NCBI GenBank assembly: GCA_963733055.1
Contig: CAVTBR010000003.1
Location: forward strand, 416,001-480,000
Direction: 5' to 3'
From: Candidatus Bathyarchaeota archaeon
GTDB lineage: Archaea; Thermoproteota; Bathyarchaeia; 40CM-2-53-6
DNA length: 64,000 nucleotides
Shown: one piece after another, positions 19,064 through 29,232 of the stretch
Position numbering within the stretch: position 1 is the stretch's first letter
Layout: each line of letters starts with the position of its first letter
Program-made: the position numbers and the translations under genes
Notes under the pieces: generated by a model
Database searches by the model: none
What the model was told of the DNA's origin: nothing
The model's input: the letters and a program-made list of their open reading frames with translations, nothing else

Positions 19064-22000
19064 TTAAGCCATCTCAACGTTCAAGGTGTAATTTTCAGGA
19101 TAATTCGAAAAGGTGCCCCCGAAGAGCACGTTATGAAGGACGAGGAGGTAGACCCCTGGCTGCAAGTTTGACGCAGTTATGTCCTGTGTCGTGTCCGAGC
19201 CGGTATTCGTGTGGAAGTTGAATTTTCCGGTTCCAACGAATGAGCTGGTCGGGTATTCTGATGAGGCAACTAAGAAACCGGTGGGACCGGTAAGATGGGC
19301 CTGTATTTCGGTTTGTGTGTCAGACCATGAGACCTTTACGTTGATGCTGCTCGTGCCGGGTGGAACGATGACGGCGAAGGTACGCCAGTCCCCAGCTTCG
19401 TATCGCCACGACCAGTCGAACGCTCCGTAAACTGCAAAGTTGGTATAGGGAGTTTTCTCGGCAGATGCGGATCCATAGGATCCTGATACCACGATTGGTA
19501 CGACGACTGAGACCGGGACAACCGTTTCCACTCCCTTATCGGTTACCGAGATGAACCCGCCGTAGACGCCGGGGGCGGTGCCCTGCGGCACTGTTAGGGT
19601 TGTGTTTAGTGAGTTTGGTGAAGTTGAAAGTTGGTTAACCCAGCTCCAAGGGGACTTTTGATAGTAACGGAATACTAGTTCGAAACCAATTTCTTTAGCT
19701 GGGCCCTGTTTCACGATTCTCACAGCGGGCGTTCCGAGAAACTTCGTTAATGGCCTTCCGACAATTAGTTCTGAGGTTGTACTGTATGGGGCGCCGTTCG
19801 TGATTCTGCTAATGTGTCCCGCGGGGTCAAAGTTCGTGTCGTAGATCTGGGCTAGAAGAAGATTATTGTAACTCCAACTAGTCGCGTTTACGAAATCTGA
19901 AAAGTGGTACACGAGCGTGACTTTCATGAGATCCGCGTTGGTTGGAATCGAGGATTTCGGGATCTGGACCCATGTTACCGTGGAATTCGCTGTGTACCGT
20001 GATGAAGTTGTAGAAACGAGCGTGTAGGTGTATGCTTGTGCGGATGGCTGCACCGCGTTCTGAATGTCGAAAGTAGCGCTGGCGGAAGCACCGGGTTGGA
20101 CGATTCCGGCGTACCAGTTTGTTGACACACTGCTCGTCGTCGGAATTGGGGTTTGCAGGTTCACGGCCCACGACTTCGCGAGCAGAGCTTTGGCGGAATC
20201 CCACGTGGCAGTTGAGTATAGATAGAACCTGGTCGGTAGGCGGTTATCATGTCCTTCTGAGGCTACGGCGACAGCCTCCCAAACGTTCACTCTCCCAGAC
20301 CCTTGCGTGAACTGATCATACGAGAGATCCGTGGCACTACTAGCTAAGATGGCCTTTACGAGGTCGGGGGCGGGCGTCAGGCCTCCGTGCGTGTTTCGGT
20401 ATTCTTCTATAACCAAGGCCACCGCTCCGGCGGTTACAGGTGTGGCCATGCTTGTTCCGCCGAAGATTGTGTAAGCACTGGTGCCGTTACCGTAGCCCGT
20501 GAAGGTTGTTTGATCTGTGAATCCGAAGGCGCCCACGTTAACTACGTCGGGTTTCGGCTCACCGGTTGAAGTTGGACCCCGAGCGCTCCACGGAATGACC
20601 TCGTCATAGCTGCCTTGAATTTCATGCGCTATATGGGTGCCAGGCTGAGTTCGGTAGGCGTAACTCGTTGACGCACCTACCGTTATCGGGAGTGTTGCGG
20701 CTCCGGGCGCCGCGGTTGTACCGTACCCGAATCCACCGTTTCCACCCGCGATAAGCATCACAACACCGGGGTAGGCTGGGTCAAGGTAGTGAGGGATCGT
20801 TAAAGCGTCGGCGAGCTGGCTTTCGAGGTCCGCGCCAAAGGTTGAGCCCAGGTCCGCAATCGGATTTGAATCTCCCCAACTATTGCTGATGATGTCGGCT
20901 CTATGATTTCCTGTGTACTTGAAGCTGAAATCGGTGGGGTTCCAGTCGAACCCTGCCGCGTAGTACCACGCGAAAGTTGTGTCGCCCAGCCAGAGCGCTT
21001 TTACCCCCATGATCTTCGCTGCGGGAGCAACACCCGGCAAAGTAAGCAGGGTGCCGTTTTGATAGATATCACGTTTCAGCACCCCCCGTGATGCGGCGTT
21101 GGATGCCGTGCTGGTTCCGTGGCTCTCGAAATCGAAGTATACGTTGACGAAATTTCCGTTGGAGTCAATTGGTGGGAGTAGGGCGAAATTCTTGCCGCTG
21201 TACCCGCCGAGATCGATTCCATTAGCGAGTATGCCTGCGCTGAAGACGGGGACGCCGGTATTGTTTGGATCAAAGAATATGAGGTCGTTTCCGGGTGTTG
21301 CGTTGTGTGGTTGTTCGTCGGCGAAACCGTGATCGTTCCAGGCGAGTTGAGGGGATGGCCATGTGAGGTTGAGATTGAGGGTTTGTGCGGCATTTGCATT
21401 CAGGCTGTCTCGATACCCGAGTAGGAAGTTGTAGTAGGCTGTGGACATATCAGCGACTACTGTATCATATACGCCCGCTTGATGAGCGTCGATAACAACT
21501 ATCGGGATCCCTACGTCCACTGTCGAACCCGAGATTACATCTGAAATTTCTTCTTGAAGAATGCCGAAATGGTAGTTTCCTGATTTCGAGAGTACGTTGG
21601 GAGCCACGTAGTTGTAGTGCAGCTTGACTTTCTGAATTTGTGGCTGACCGGGGCTGGTGCTTACGTAGCTTGCGGCGTTCCAAACGCTGACCGTCTTCCC
21701 GCCGGTGGCGAGTACGTCGCCGAACCGTGTTACCGTGAGGTTTGTAATTGCGAAACTTTGCCCGTCAGCATCAAACGAGATCGCTTGGCCTTGGTCGTTT
21801 CTCGCGACGGCGTTCTGAAGGTCGGGTATGGCGAAATCGGTACCCGTGTCTACTATGGCGATTGTAACCCCTTTTCCTGAAATCCCAAGCTGGTTCACTC
21901 GGTCGGCGCCGATGATCTGTCTGACCTTGAACATGTCGGTCGCCAAATGCTGACTGTAGACCTCAGGGTCAGGCTTCATTTGTTCGAAGCCCAGCTTCAC

Positions 22001-22345
22001 GTCTGGAAAAATGTATGAGACGGCCGGCGAGGAAGCGAGAGGCAAGAGCGAACTTATGCTCGCAGTTCCATACACGGCGATCGGTGAATGGGAAGACCCA
22101 ACTGAGAATTTCGTCGACATGTAACCTGCGACATCGCTTGTGCCGTACCCGGGATTTAGTCGCACGAAGACAAAGACCGAACTTCCTTGAACTCGCAGAC
22201 CTGACTGCTGGACGCCTTGGAGTTGCTGTATTAGAGTCGGGTCGAGTTTACCGAGCGCCCTATCGGCACCGACCAGCTGAAGAGGCACAATCAACCCGAT
22301 GAGGAATATGGCAACCAGTAGCACTGCCATTGCTTTCGCGTGCAT
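19064..22345 (-). CDS. Large secreted subtilisin-like S8 serine protease
   Basis: Catalytic triad motifs IVDTG, SHGTS, FGGTSMATP; SNSWG, KPDVV, QGSGRVN; signal peptide. Confidence 0.92.
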   Translation of the reverse strand: MHAKAMAVLLVAIFLIGLIVPLQLVGADRALGKLDPTLIQQLQGVQQSGLRVQGSSVFVFVRLNPGYGTSDVAGYMSTKFSVGSSHSPIAVYGTASISSLLPLASSPAVSYIFPDVKLGFEQMKPDPEVYSQHLATDMFKVRQIIGADRVNQLGISGKGVTIAIVDTGTDFAIPDLQNAVARNDQGQAISFDADGQSFAITNLTVTRFGDVLATGGKTVSVWNAASYVSTSPGQPQIQKVKLHYNYVAPNVLSKSGNYHFGILQEEISDVISGSTVDVGIPIVVIDAHQAGVYDTVVADMSTAYYNFLLGYRDSLNANAAQTLNLNLTWPSPQLAWNDHGFADEQPHNATPGNDLIFFDPNNTGVPVFSAGILANGIDLGGYSGKNFALLPPIDSNGNFVNVYFDFESHGTSTASNAASRGVLKRDIYQNGTLLTLPGVAPAAKIMGVKALWLGDTTFAWYYAAGFDWNPTDFSFKYTGNHRADIISNSWGDSNPIADLGSTFGADLESQLADALTIPHYLDPAYPGVVMLIAGGNGGFGYGTTAAPGAATLPITVGASTSYAYRTQPGTHIAHEIQGSYDEVIPWSARGPTSTGEPKPDVVNVGAFGFTDQTTFTGYGNGTSAYTIFGGTSMATPVTAGAVALVIEEYRNTHGGLTPAPDLVKAILASSATDLSYDQFTQGSGRVNVWEAVAVASEGHDNRLPTRFYLYSTATWDSAKALLAKSWAVNLQTPIPTTSSVSTNWYAGIVQPGASASATFDIQNAVQPSAQAYTYTLVSTTSSRYTANSTVTWVQIPKSSIPTNADLMKVTLVYHFSDFVNATSWSYNNLLLAQIYDTNFDPAGHISRITNGAPYSTTSELIVGRPLTKFLGTPAVRIVKQGPAKEIGFELVFRYYQKSPWSWVNQLSTSPNSLNTTLTVPQGTAPGVYGGFISVTDKGVETVVPVSVVVPIVVSGSYGSASAEKTPYTNFAVYGAFDWSWRYEAGDWRTFAVIVPPGTSSINVKVSWSDTQTEIQAHLTGPTGFLVASSEYPTSSFVGTGKFNFHTNTGSDTTQDITASNLQPGVYLLVLHNVLFGGTFSNYPENYTLNVEMA

Positions 22346-22418
22346 GCTGATCAGATTTAGGCGAGACGAATCAAACCCTAATTTTACTCTATTGGTGCTT
22401 CTTCCACAGAGGCTGAGG

Positions 22419-23411
22419 CTAATCGCACGAGTTGTCAGAGCGTTGAATTAAAGCGGGAGCGACAACGGTGAAAATCATTACAACGGCAAGAAAGACTGGT
22501 TCAATGGAAGGGAATTCCGGGACTGGGAGCGAGGTTTGGCTTTGAGAAGCGAGCGTTGGTTCCTGCATCCATAACCAAGTCTTTGCGGGCGTTGAGCGTG
22601 TAACGTTGCTTCCTGCATCCGCCTGATACGCTCCGCCTCCGAGGTATTGCACGTTCGAATCCTGGCAGGTTGTGTTGCCGTATGTGAGCTCAGCCTTAAC
22701 CGGCGCGTGGTTACCTGCGTCGTTCAGGGCGTACGGGTATGAGAAAATTGCGCTTGAAGGTGGCGTGTCACAGGACGCTGCAGTCGCGTATTCGTCCCAC
22801 GTTGACGAGAATGTGCCTAACTGCCCATACGTTGGGGATACGAGAATGTTTCCGATAATTGAAGTAGAGTTTGCTGAATAATCGTATATGCTCCCTTGCC
22901 ATTGTTCGCTCCCGTTTACGTCGGAAATTCTTGAAACTTGGAGTCGGTAATCGTATCCAATATTCCAGTTGTAGAAGATGAAACACGCCGAACCGGTGCC
23001 GGTCGTGAGGAATCCTATGACGTTGTCGCATACGCCACTTGAGTTGTTTGGGTTTCCCTGCACGGCATCAAATATGCCGAAGCTGGTAATCCTAGAATTA
23101 CCTCCCACGCCCACAGTTATGTAACCCGTCTCGTTATTCGCAAATTGGAATTGTTCTCCCCAATATATTGCCGCGTTCGATAAGGGTGATTTCAGAACTT
23201 TCACGTCCAAGCTCATCGAGTAACTGCCGGCTATAGGCCATTGCAGCACAACGTCGGTGTCCGGGGCTTTTGTATTGAAGTGGCCATATGCCGGGTGCGA
23301 TATTTGACTGACCAAGCTAGCTAGAAGCAACAAGACGGCGCAGCAGAGTATGAAACGTCTACTGAACGAATCTCTCGATCTACGCTTAACGTCCCTTGGA
23401 TTGGCCGACAC
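22419..23411 (-). CDS. Secreted beta-rich protein with PEF-CTERM-like tail
   Basis: Signal peptide; YWGEQFQF...GYITVG; C-terminal PVPEFP + TM helix. Confidence 0.65.
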   Translation of the reverse strand: MSANPRDVKRRSRDSFSRRFILCCAVLLLLASLVSQISHPAYGHFNTKAPDTDVVLQWPIAGSYSMSLDVKVLKSPLSNAAIYWGEQFQFANNETGYITVGVGGNSRITSFGIFDAVQGNPNNSSGVCDNVIGFLTTGTGSACFIFYNWNIGYDYRLQVSRISDVNGSEQWQGSIYDYSANSTSIIGNILVSPTYGQLGTFSSTWDEYATAASCDTPPSSAIFSYPYALNDAGNHAPVKAELTYGNTTCQDSNVQYLGGGAYQADAGSNVTRSTPAKTWLWMQEPTLASQSQTSLPVPEFPSIEPVFLAVVMIFTVVAPALIQRSDNSCD

Positions 23412-23584
23412 CTACATCCTCTTCGCCACCCGAACCTTCCCCGCTTATTTCTGGGGTTTTGACGCAATGCGTGCTAAATCAGGACCACGCGGGCAGCTGT
23501 TTTAGACACCCGCTATGAATCGCACAGATAACCAGGCCAGAAGACCAATTTTCTAGCGGGACAATGCAAACGGTTCCGCCATTA

Positions 23585-24394
23585 CTAGAAGATAGAAGTA
23601 TAGGAATGGAATAGACCCGCTAGATACATCAAGTAGAAACCCAGGAGGAAAAAGGCAAGGTAAAGCACAGCACGGTCGCCGCGCGTGAGATTGGGTATCA
23701 GTTTGTATTCGATATAGATGACCGCCGCCGCCCCTGCCGCGAAGAAGACCGTCGAGTCGACCGGTACCATAAGCGCGACCGCCAAACCGATCAGGGTCGG
23801 TATCCCCGCTATGAGACCCAGGACAAAGTTGCGCCCTAAGCGTATCTTCACGGCGGCCGCGAAGACCCCTATGACGAATCCCTCTAGGAGTTTGTGCAGA
23901 AGATATGCGACACCAGATCCGAGCCCGCCAATTGCAGTAATCAAATTCGACGATGCCCCGGCTACCGCGTAAGAGTAGGCTATCAGAGAACCAATTTCCA
24001 CACCTTCACCCAAGGAATGAAGTCCGATGCCCAACGCGACTAGAAGAGCCGTACCATAAGAGAGCATAACCTCCCGCCCCCTCCGACTACCGGTAGTCGT
24101 CGAAACTCGATCCAACCAAAACAGCGCCAGCAAAGCTGCAGCAAACATTGCCGCGATGAATACGTGGACTAAACCTCCACCGAATCCTTGATTGACACCT
24201 AGCAAGGCCACGTCGTTCATCAGATCAAGAAAAGACCAACACATAATTCCTGAAGCGACCGCCATCAGAACAGTCAATCGCGAGGCAGATTTTTCAGCAA
24301 TCAGGAGCGGAGTGAAGATCCCCAAGTAAAGGCAGATGATGGTGGCCAGTACAGCTTCGGCGGAGTTAATCAGTTCACCAGGCACAAGAGCCAC
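23585..24394 (-). CDS. ZIP-family divalent metal transporter
   Basis: GIGLHSLGEG and LLHKLLEGF metal-site helices; about 8 TM. Confidence 0.82.
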   Translation of the reverse strand: MALVPGELINSAEAVLATIICLYLGIFTPLLIAEKSASRLTVLMAVASGIMCWSFLDLMNDVALLGVNQGFGGGLVHVFIAAMFAAALLALFWLDRVSTTTGSRRGREVMLSYGTALLVALGIGLHSLGEGVEIGSLIAYSYAVAGASSNLITAIGGLGSGVAYLLHKLLEGFVIGVFAAAVKIRLGRNFVLGLIAGIPTLIGLAVALMVPVDSTVFFAAGAAAVIYIEYKLIPNLTRGDRAVLYLAFFLLGFYLMYLAGLFHSYTSIF

Positions 24395-24449
24395 TTCACA
24401 ACTGTTAGACTTGGATTGATCATCTTTCTATTCTTGTAGGCTTCTAGTT

Positions 24450-24458
24450 TTGTACCAA
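24450..24458. promoter_or_regulatory. Candidate operator TTGTACCAA, copy 1, in the ZIP / Cu-protein divergent promoter
   Basis: Identical near-palindromic 9-mer at 29112-29120; each lies 56-59 nt upstream of a minus-strand gene and is followed by TTAA. Confidence 0.4.
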
Positions 24459-24512
24459 ATGGCTTAACTAAGCTTAACCCTTACTCGCGATTCCTTCTCG
24501 CTTAGTATTAGG

Positions 24513-25235
24513 GTGGTTTTGATGAAAGTTAAGTTCGGCATACCAGTGATCATAATGTTTGTCTGTATAATATTACTCGCCTCTGCGCCGTCCGCTTGGG
24601 CACACACTCATCGAGTTCTAACAATTAACGGACAGCAGGTTGAATTCGTGGTTGGGTGGTTCAATGAACCCGCTTATGCAGGTGAAATAAACGCCGTTGA
24701 TTTTTGGGCTCATTACATTAACGCAACTTGTCCACAGGGAACTGTCAGCACTTCCTGCCCAGTCTACGGACTCGACCAAAGCCTACGCGTAACAGTTGTC
24801 TTAGGAGGGCAGACACAGACCCTGAGTTTCTCGCCTAACCTTTCGAACGATGTTCCGCCATTGTTCTATGGTGAATACACGGCCGAAGTTGAACCCACGG
24901 TGCCTGGAACCGTCTCGTTCATAATATTCGGAAACATTAGTGGAACGACGGTGAACGAAACTTTCACATGTGGACCAACAACCTACGAATGCATAGACCC
25001 AGCGTCCGAAATCCAATTCCCTCAACAGAATGGGTCAAGTACCGATCTTCAGACGGCCTTGACCAACGCCCAATCGCAAATCTCAACCCTTCAGTCTCAA
25101 GTCACGCAGATGCAGGGCAGCATTCAAACAGCCTATACCGTTGGTGTTGTTGGAGTTGCGATCGGAGTAATTGGAGTCGTCGCAGGCGTAGTTGCGATGA
25201 ACCGAGGCCGCAAACGCCCACCAAGCAGGAAATAG
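24513..25235 (+). CDS. Membrane-anchored extracellular protein with N-terminal His-x-His, putatively Cu-binding
   Basis: Signal AWA|HTH, VGWFNEPAY, PTVPGT, coiled coil, C-terminal TM; directly upstream of the copCD fusion. Confidence 0.7.
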   Translation: MVLMKVKFGIPVIIMFVCIILLASAPSAWAHTHRVLTINGQQVEFVVGWFNEPAYAGEINAVDFWAHYINATCPQGTVSTSCPVYGLDQSLRVTVVLGGQTQTLSFSPNLSNDVPPLFYGEYTAEVEPTVPGTVSFIIFGNISGTTVNETFTCGPTTYECIDPASEIQFPQQNGSSTDLQTALTNAQSQISTLQSQVTQMQGSIQTAYTVGVVGVAIGVIGVVAGVVAMNRGRKRPPSRK

Positions 25236-25266
25236 AACAAACAGAAACTGAAATGCCGCGAGTGCT

Positions 25267-28071
25267 ATGAGCAATCGCGCCTTAGCAATAGCCACAATCG
25301 CAACCCTGTTATTGATAGCAGGATTCATAGCTCCGGCTTACGCACATGCGAACCTAATCAGGTCAGATCCTCCTGCCAACAGCGTTCTTCCTTCATCGCC
25401 ACATCAAGTAACGCTCTACTTTACCGAGCAACTCGAACCTAAGCTCAGTGGAGCGGCGGTGTATGATTCAACGGGCAAAGAAGTCGACACCGGTTACTCC
25501 GTCAGCCCTACGGACGCCACGATCCTCATTGTGAACCTGCCAACACTACCCTCAGGAGTGTACACAGTCGCCTGGCACGCAATCTCAGCCGTGGACGGCC
25601 ATCATACGAGCGGATCATTCTCTTTCGGCATCGGAAACGTGACCATACCCGTGCAACGGAACAACAACGCCACGGCTTACACGTTTCCATCCGCCCTTGA
25701 AGTCAGCGAACGTTGGCTAAACCTCCTAAGCGACGTAATATTTGTCGGCGGAGGCTTCTTCGCGATCCTCGTTTGGATTCCTACAATTGCGACACCTCGA
25801 AGGGAAGATTTGGATGATTACGCTCGCAAGGTGTCATCGCGATTTTCTCGGCTTCTAACGCTCTCCGTCATCATTGGAGTGGCAGCAACTCTGTTATTGC
25901 TGATTGTCGAAGCAATAGCAGCCGCCGGATCATCTTCGGTATCTGACATTGTGGTGACGGCCTATACCATTTTGTCATCAACTCATCTCGGCGAATATTG
26001 GATTTTGCGATTCGCCGCTGTCGTCGCAGCCCTCGGGACCTCGATAATCATTACCAGGGCAAAGGGACGATCGAAGGGTGGCTGGAGCCTAGTCTTGCTG
26101 ATAGGGATCATACTGTCCCTTTCCACAAGTCTTACGAGCCATAACGCGGCAGCCACAAATTACAACCCCACGATCAACCTACTCTCAGATTGGATCCACG
26201 TAACGGCGGTGGGAGCCTGGGTTGGCGGCTTGGCTTACTTTGCTTTGGCCATCTATTCCATCAATAGTCTGAAAGAATCCAAGGGAAAACTCCTCGCTGG
26301 TTTGCTCAGACGTTTCTCATCGGTTGCCGTGACTTGCGTCGGAGTCATTGGGATAACTGGAATCTACAACCTAATTGTAGAGGTGGGAAGTTTAACCGCC
26401 CTGTACACTACACCATACGGCCAAATTCTTCTCATAAAACTGGCAATCTTCGCGCCAATGATCGCCTTAGGCGCCTTCAACCAATTCGTTATCTACAATA
26501 AAATTACGGCGACAACCGCTAAGACGCCGCGAATCAATCGGCGACAGGCCCGTTTGTTTGGGAAATTCAAACTGTCGATCCGTTCAGAGATTACTCTGGG
26601 CGTAATCTTGTTACTCGTGGTAGGCTTGCTGACAGCTAGCGCGCCTGTTGCGCAAACCTCCTCTACACCTCAGGCGTACCAACCCGCGCCGTTCATTCTT
26701 CGAGGTTACTCAGACCAAGGCGTCAATGTGACCGTGAAGATATTCCCCTTCCAAGTAGGTGACAACCATTTTGAAATCGATTTCACGAACCCACAAGGAA
26801 CCGCGGTCACAAATGTTCGATCAGTTTTCGTGAAATTCAAGTACTTGGACAGAAACATTGGGGTGTCGCAAGCCAATGCAACCGCCTCATCAAACGCGGG
26901 TGTTTACTCCCTTGAAGGAACTTACCTAAGTTTCTCAGGCGACTGGCAGGCGGAGGTTTGGGCGCAAAGATCGGGAGGATTTGATATCGTTGTTCCGTTC
27001 CAGTTTAACGTCCCACTTATCTCCCTAAGATTCTCCGAACTACCGTTGTCGACCGACGCCAACCCATATGGAGTCGTGGTCGACAAGAGTGGCGTGATTT
27101 GGTTCGCGGAAAGCGGGTCCGGGAACATAGCCCGCTATGAGCCTACAACAGGAGCGCTTAGCGAATTCTCTCTACCCCAAGCGGGCTCGCGGCCATTCTA
27201 CCTTACAATTGATGACAATGGTTCTGTTTGGGCTTCAGAAACTCAATACAACCAGATAGTAAAATTCGACCCAACAGCCAACACTTTCAAGCAATACTCT
27301 ATCCCAACTTCGGGCGCAGTTCCAGGGGGCATATCCGCTGACAGGAACGGAAACATATGGTTCACTGAAGAAATCGGTGATAAGATCGGACGACTGAACC
27401 CAGTAACGGGCAATATCACAGAATTCCAAATCCCAACCGCCGATGCCATACCTATCCAAACTACAGTGGATGCAAATGGCTCCGTCTGGTTCACGGAATC
27501 AAAGGGAGGAAAGATCGGGATGGTCAACCCGCAGAATGGTATAATAAGTGAATTTCAACCGGGAGGAAATGGAACGCTCTTGGGTCCGACGGGCATTACT
27601 ACTGCGCCGGATGGATCGATCTGGTTCACAGAGCACGCTGGAAACCGAATTACGCAGTTTGACCCAAAGAATCAATCGTTTCAGTCATATCCGATCCCCA
27701 CCAAACAAGCGTTCCCATTCGGGATTACATACCACGATAACACGATCTGGTTCGTAGAACACATCGCCAACGCCATAGGCAGCCTGGACCTGTCAACACA
27801 CACTTTCAGCAATTTCCCAGTCCCGAACAATAGCTCCGACGTTCAGCTCCTATCTGTTGACCAATCGGGAAATGTGTGGTTTACCCTCCCAGCGAGCAAC
27901 GTCCTCGGTGTCTTGACCTCCACATCATCCGCTCTCCAACTCGTATCGAACGCAAATAACTCTGGTTTCGTCCAACTTGCGGTAATCGCTGCCGTAATCG
28001 TTGGATCAGTAAGCATCGCCGCACTGGTACTGGGCCAGAGAAGAATGAAACTTAAAGCGCGCAACCGGTAA
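25267..28071 (+). CDS. CopC-CopD-Ig-like-Vgb/NHL beta-propeller fusion (copper uptake/handling)
   Basis: AYA|HANLIRSDP...SAVDGH (CopC); SLTSHNAA, WIHVTAVGAWVGGL, YGQILLIK (CopD); repeated GxIWFTE blades. Confidence 0.88.
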   Translation: MSNRALAIATIATLLLIAGFIAPAYAHANLIRSDPPANSVLPSSPHQVTLYFTEQLEPKLSGAAVYDSTGKEVDTGYSVSPTDATILIVNLPTLPSGVYTVAWHAISAVDGHHTSGSFSFGIGNVTIPVQRNNNATAYTFPSALEVSERWLNLLSDVIFVGGGFFAILVWIPTIATPRREDLDDYARKVSSRFSRLLTLSVIIGVAATLLLLIVEAIAAAGSSSVSDIVVTAYTILSSTHLGEYWILRFAAVVAALGTSIIITRAKGRSKGGWSLVLLIGIILSLSTSLTSHNAAATNYNPTINLLSDWIHVTAVGAWVGGLAYFALAIYSINSLKESKGKLLAGLLRRFSSVAVTCVGVIGITGIYNLIVEVGSLTALYTTPYGQILLIKLAIFAPMIALGAFNQFVIYNKITATTAKTPRINRRQARLFGKFKLSIRSEITLGVILLLVVGLLTASAPVAQTSSTPQAYQPAPFILRGYSDQGVNVTVKIFPFQVGDNHFEIDFTNPQGTAVTNVRSVFVKFKYLDRNIGVSQANATASSNAGVYSLEGTYLSFSGDWQAEVWAQRSGGFDIVVPFQFNVPLISLRFSELPLSTDANPYGVVVDKSGVIWFAESGSGNIARYEPTTGALSEFSLPQAGSRPFYLTIDDNGSVWASETQYNQIVKFDPTANTFKQYSIPTSGAVPGGISADRNGNIWFTEEIGDKIGRLNPVTGNITEFQIPTADAIPIQTTVDANGSVWFTESKGGKIGMVNPQNGIISEFQPGGNGTLLGPTGITTAPDGSIWFTEHAGNRITQFDPKNQSFQSYPIPTKQAFPFGITYHDNTIWFVEHIANAIGSLDLSTHTFSNFPVPNNSSDVQLLSVDQSGNVWFTLPASNVLGVLTSTSSALQLVSNANNSGFVQLAVIAAVIVGSVSIAALVLGQRRMKLKARNR

Positions 28072-28131
28072 CTCCGGGTCAGAGACCTAGGGCACATAAT
28101 GCCATTGATGCGGCCTTTCTAGATTTCTACT

Positions 28132-28665
28132 CTAGTCACCGACCAAATCCCAAGATTGAAGGAACGAGTCGGTTAGCCTATCTAGGGAGCTTAGGTTGAA
28201 TTTGGATAGAATACGGTTTGCATTTCGAGGATCCTTAAGGCGCCACACAGTCGAATCCGGCAACCCGTCTGGGGAATTTACTACGCCTTCTGATTCGAGT
28301 ATCTTAAGATGCCAAAGGGTCGTGGACTTGCCGAGATTCAATTTTGTAGCGAGGTCGGACAGACTCAACGCCTCCTTCGCAAGCAACAGCTGGATAATTA
28401 GCCGGCGGTTCGGGTTTAGAAGAGTCGAAAGCATCTTCCGATCAGTTACGTTAATGTCAGGTGGATAGTAACGACGATATCTCCCGCACTTTTCCGAGTC
28501 GATCAGGCCCATGGATTCTAGTTTCTGAAGTTGGTATACAGTATCGCCTAATCCGAGTCCGGTTCTACGTTGCGCTTCCCTCAAGTGTATCCCAGGAAGC
28601 AGTTTTACCACATCAAGCAACCGTTGGGCTCGGTATCCAACATGCATTGTGGTCACGGGCTTCAA
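28132..28665 (-). CDS. Tandem winged-helix transcription regulator (ArsR-like)
   Basis: PGIHLREAQRRTGLGLG..VYQL; second HTH LSDLATKLNLGKSTTLWHLKILE. Confidence 0.8.
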   Translation of the reverse strand: MKPVTTMHVGYRAQRLLDVVKLLPGIHLREAQRRTGLGLGDTVYQLQKLESMGLIDSEKCGRYRRYYPPDINVTDRKMLSTLLNPNRRLIIQLLLAKEALSLSDLATKLNLGKSTTLWHLKILESEGVVNSPDGLPDSTVWRLKDPRNANRILSKFNLSSLDRLTDSFLQSWDLVGD

Positions 28666-28690
28666 TCTCCCGACTAGACGGTATTGGTTT

Positions 28691-29053
28691 CTATGTTTTC
28701 TTTAGAACACCTACTGCGAAAAACAGAATGGCCCCGAAACTGACCGCGTGCATGAGCTCGATACCAATTAGTGGCACAGGTGTGTTCACCACTGAGAATC
28801 CAAGCGATTCAAGTGCCTCCATCATCTGCTGTGCTCCAAGGAAGAGAAATGCAATAGTTAGGAGAAGAATCTTCGGTCTACGATCACGCAAATACGCATT
28901 ACACGAAACTACGGCGAGTAAAACTGCAAGCGAGATCCCCGCCGCGTGAATCGCCATATGAATATCGAGCTTTACGACCAACAGTCCCAATGCGGCTAGA
29001 AGCGCCGAGATCTTCCCAAAGCCGATTAGATGAACTTGCAAAGATTTCTCCAC
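28691..29053 (-). CDS. Small multi-TM membrane protein upstream of the regulator
   Basis: AYLRDRRPKILLLTIAF pattern; 3-4 hydrophobic helices. Confidence 0.65.
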   Translation of the reverse strand: MEKSLQVHLIGFGKISALLAALGLLVVKLDIHMAIHAAGISLAVLLAVVSCNAYLRDRRPKILLLTIAFLFLGAQQMMEALESLGFSVVNTPVPLIGIELMHAVSFGAILFFAVGVLKKT

Positions 29054-29111
29054 GATAGAACGTACTGCCGCTCAATTTAACAGGCTTTGGAAACTTCACT
29101 CCTCTCGATGA

Positions 29112-29120
29112 TTGTACCAA
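29112..29120. promoter_or_regulatory. Candidate operator TTGTACCAA, copy 2
   Basis: Same 9-mer and similar spacing as 24450-24458. Confidence 0.4.
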
Positions 29121-29232
29121 TACAAATTAATTGACCGATTTATTGAACATCCAAACGAATTATCGCCCTAGACCTTTCGATTCGGTGTTAAATACCGGGC
29201 AATAGTTGCTTTGTGTTATTCTGGGATTGCAC

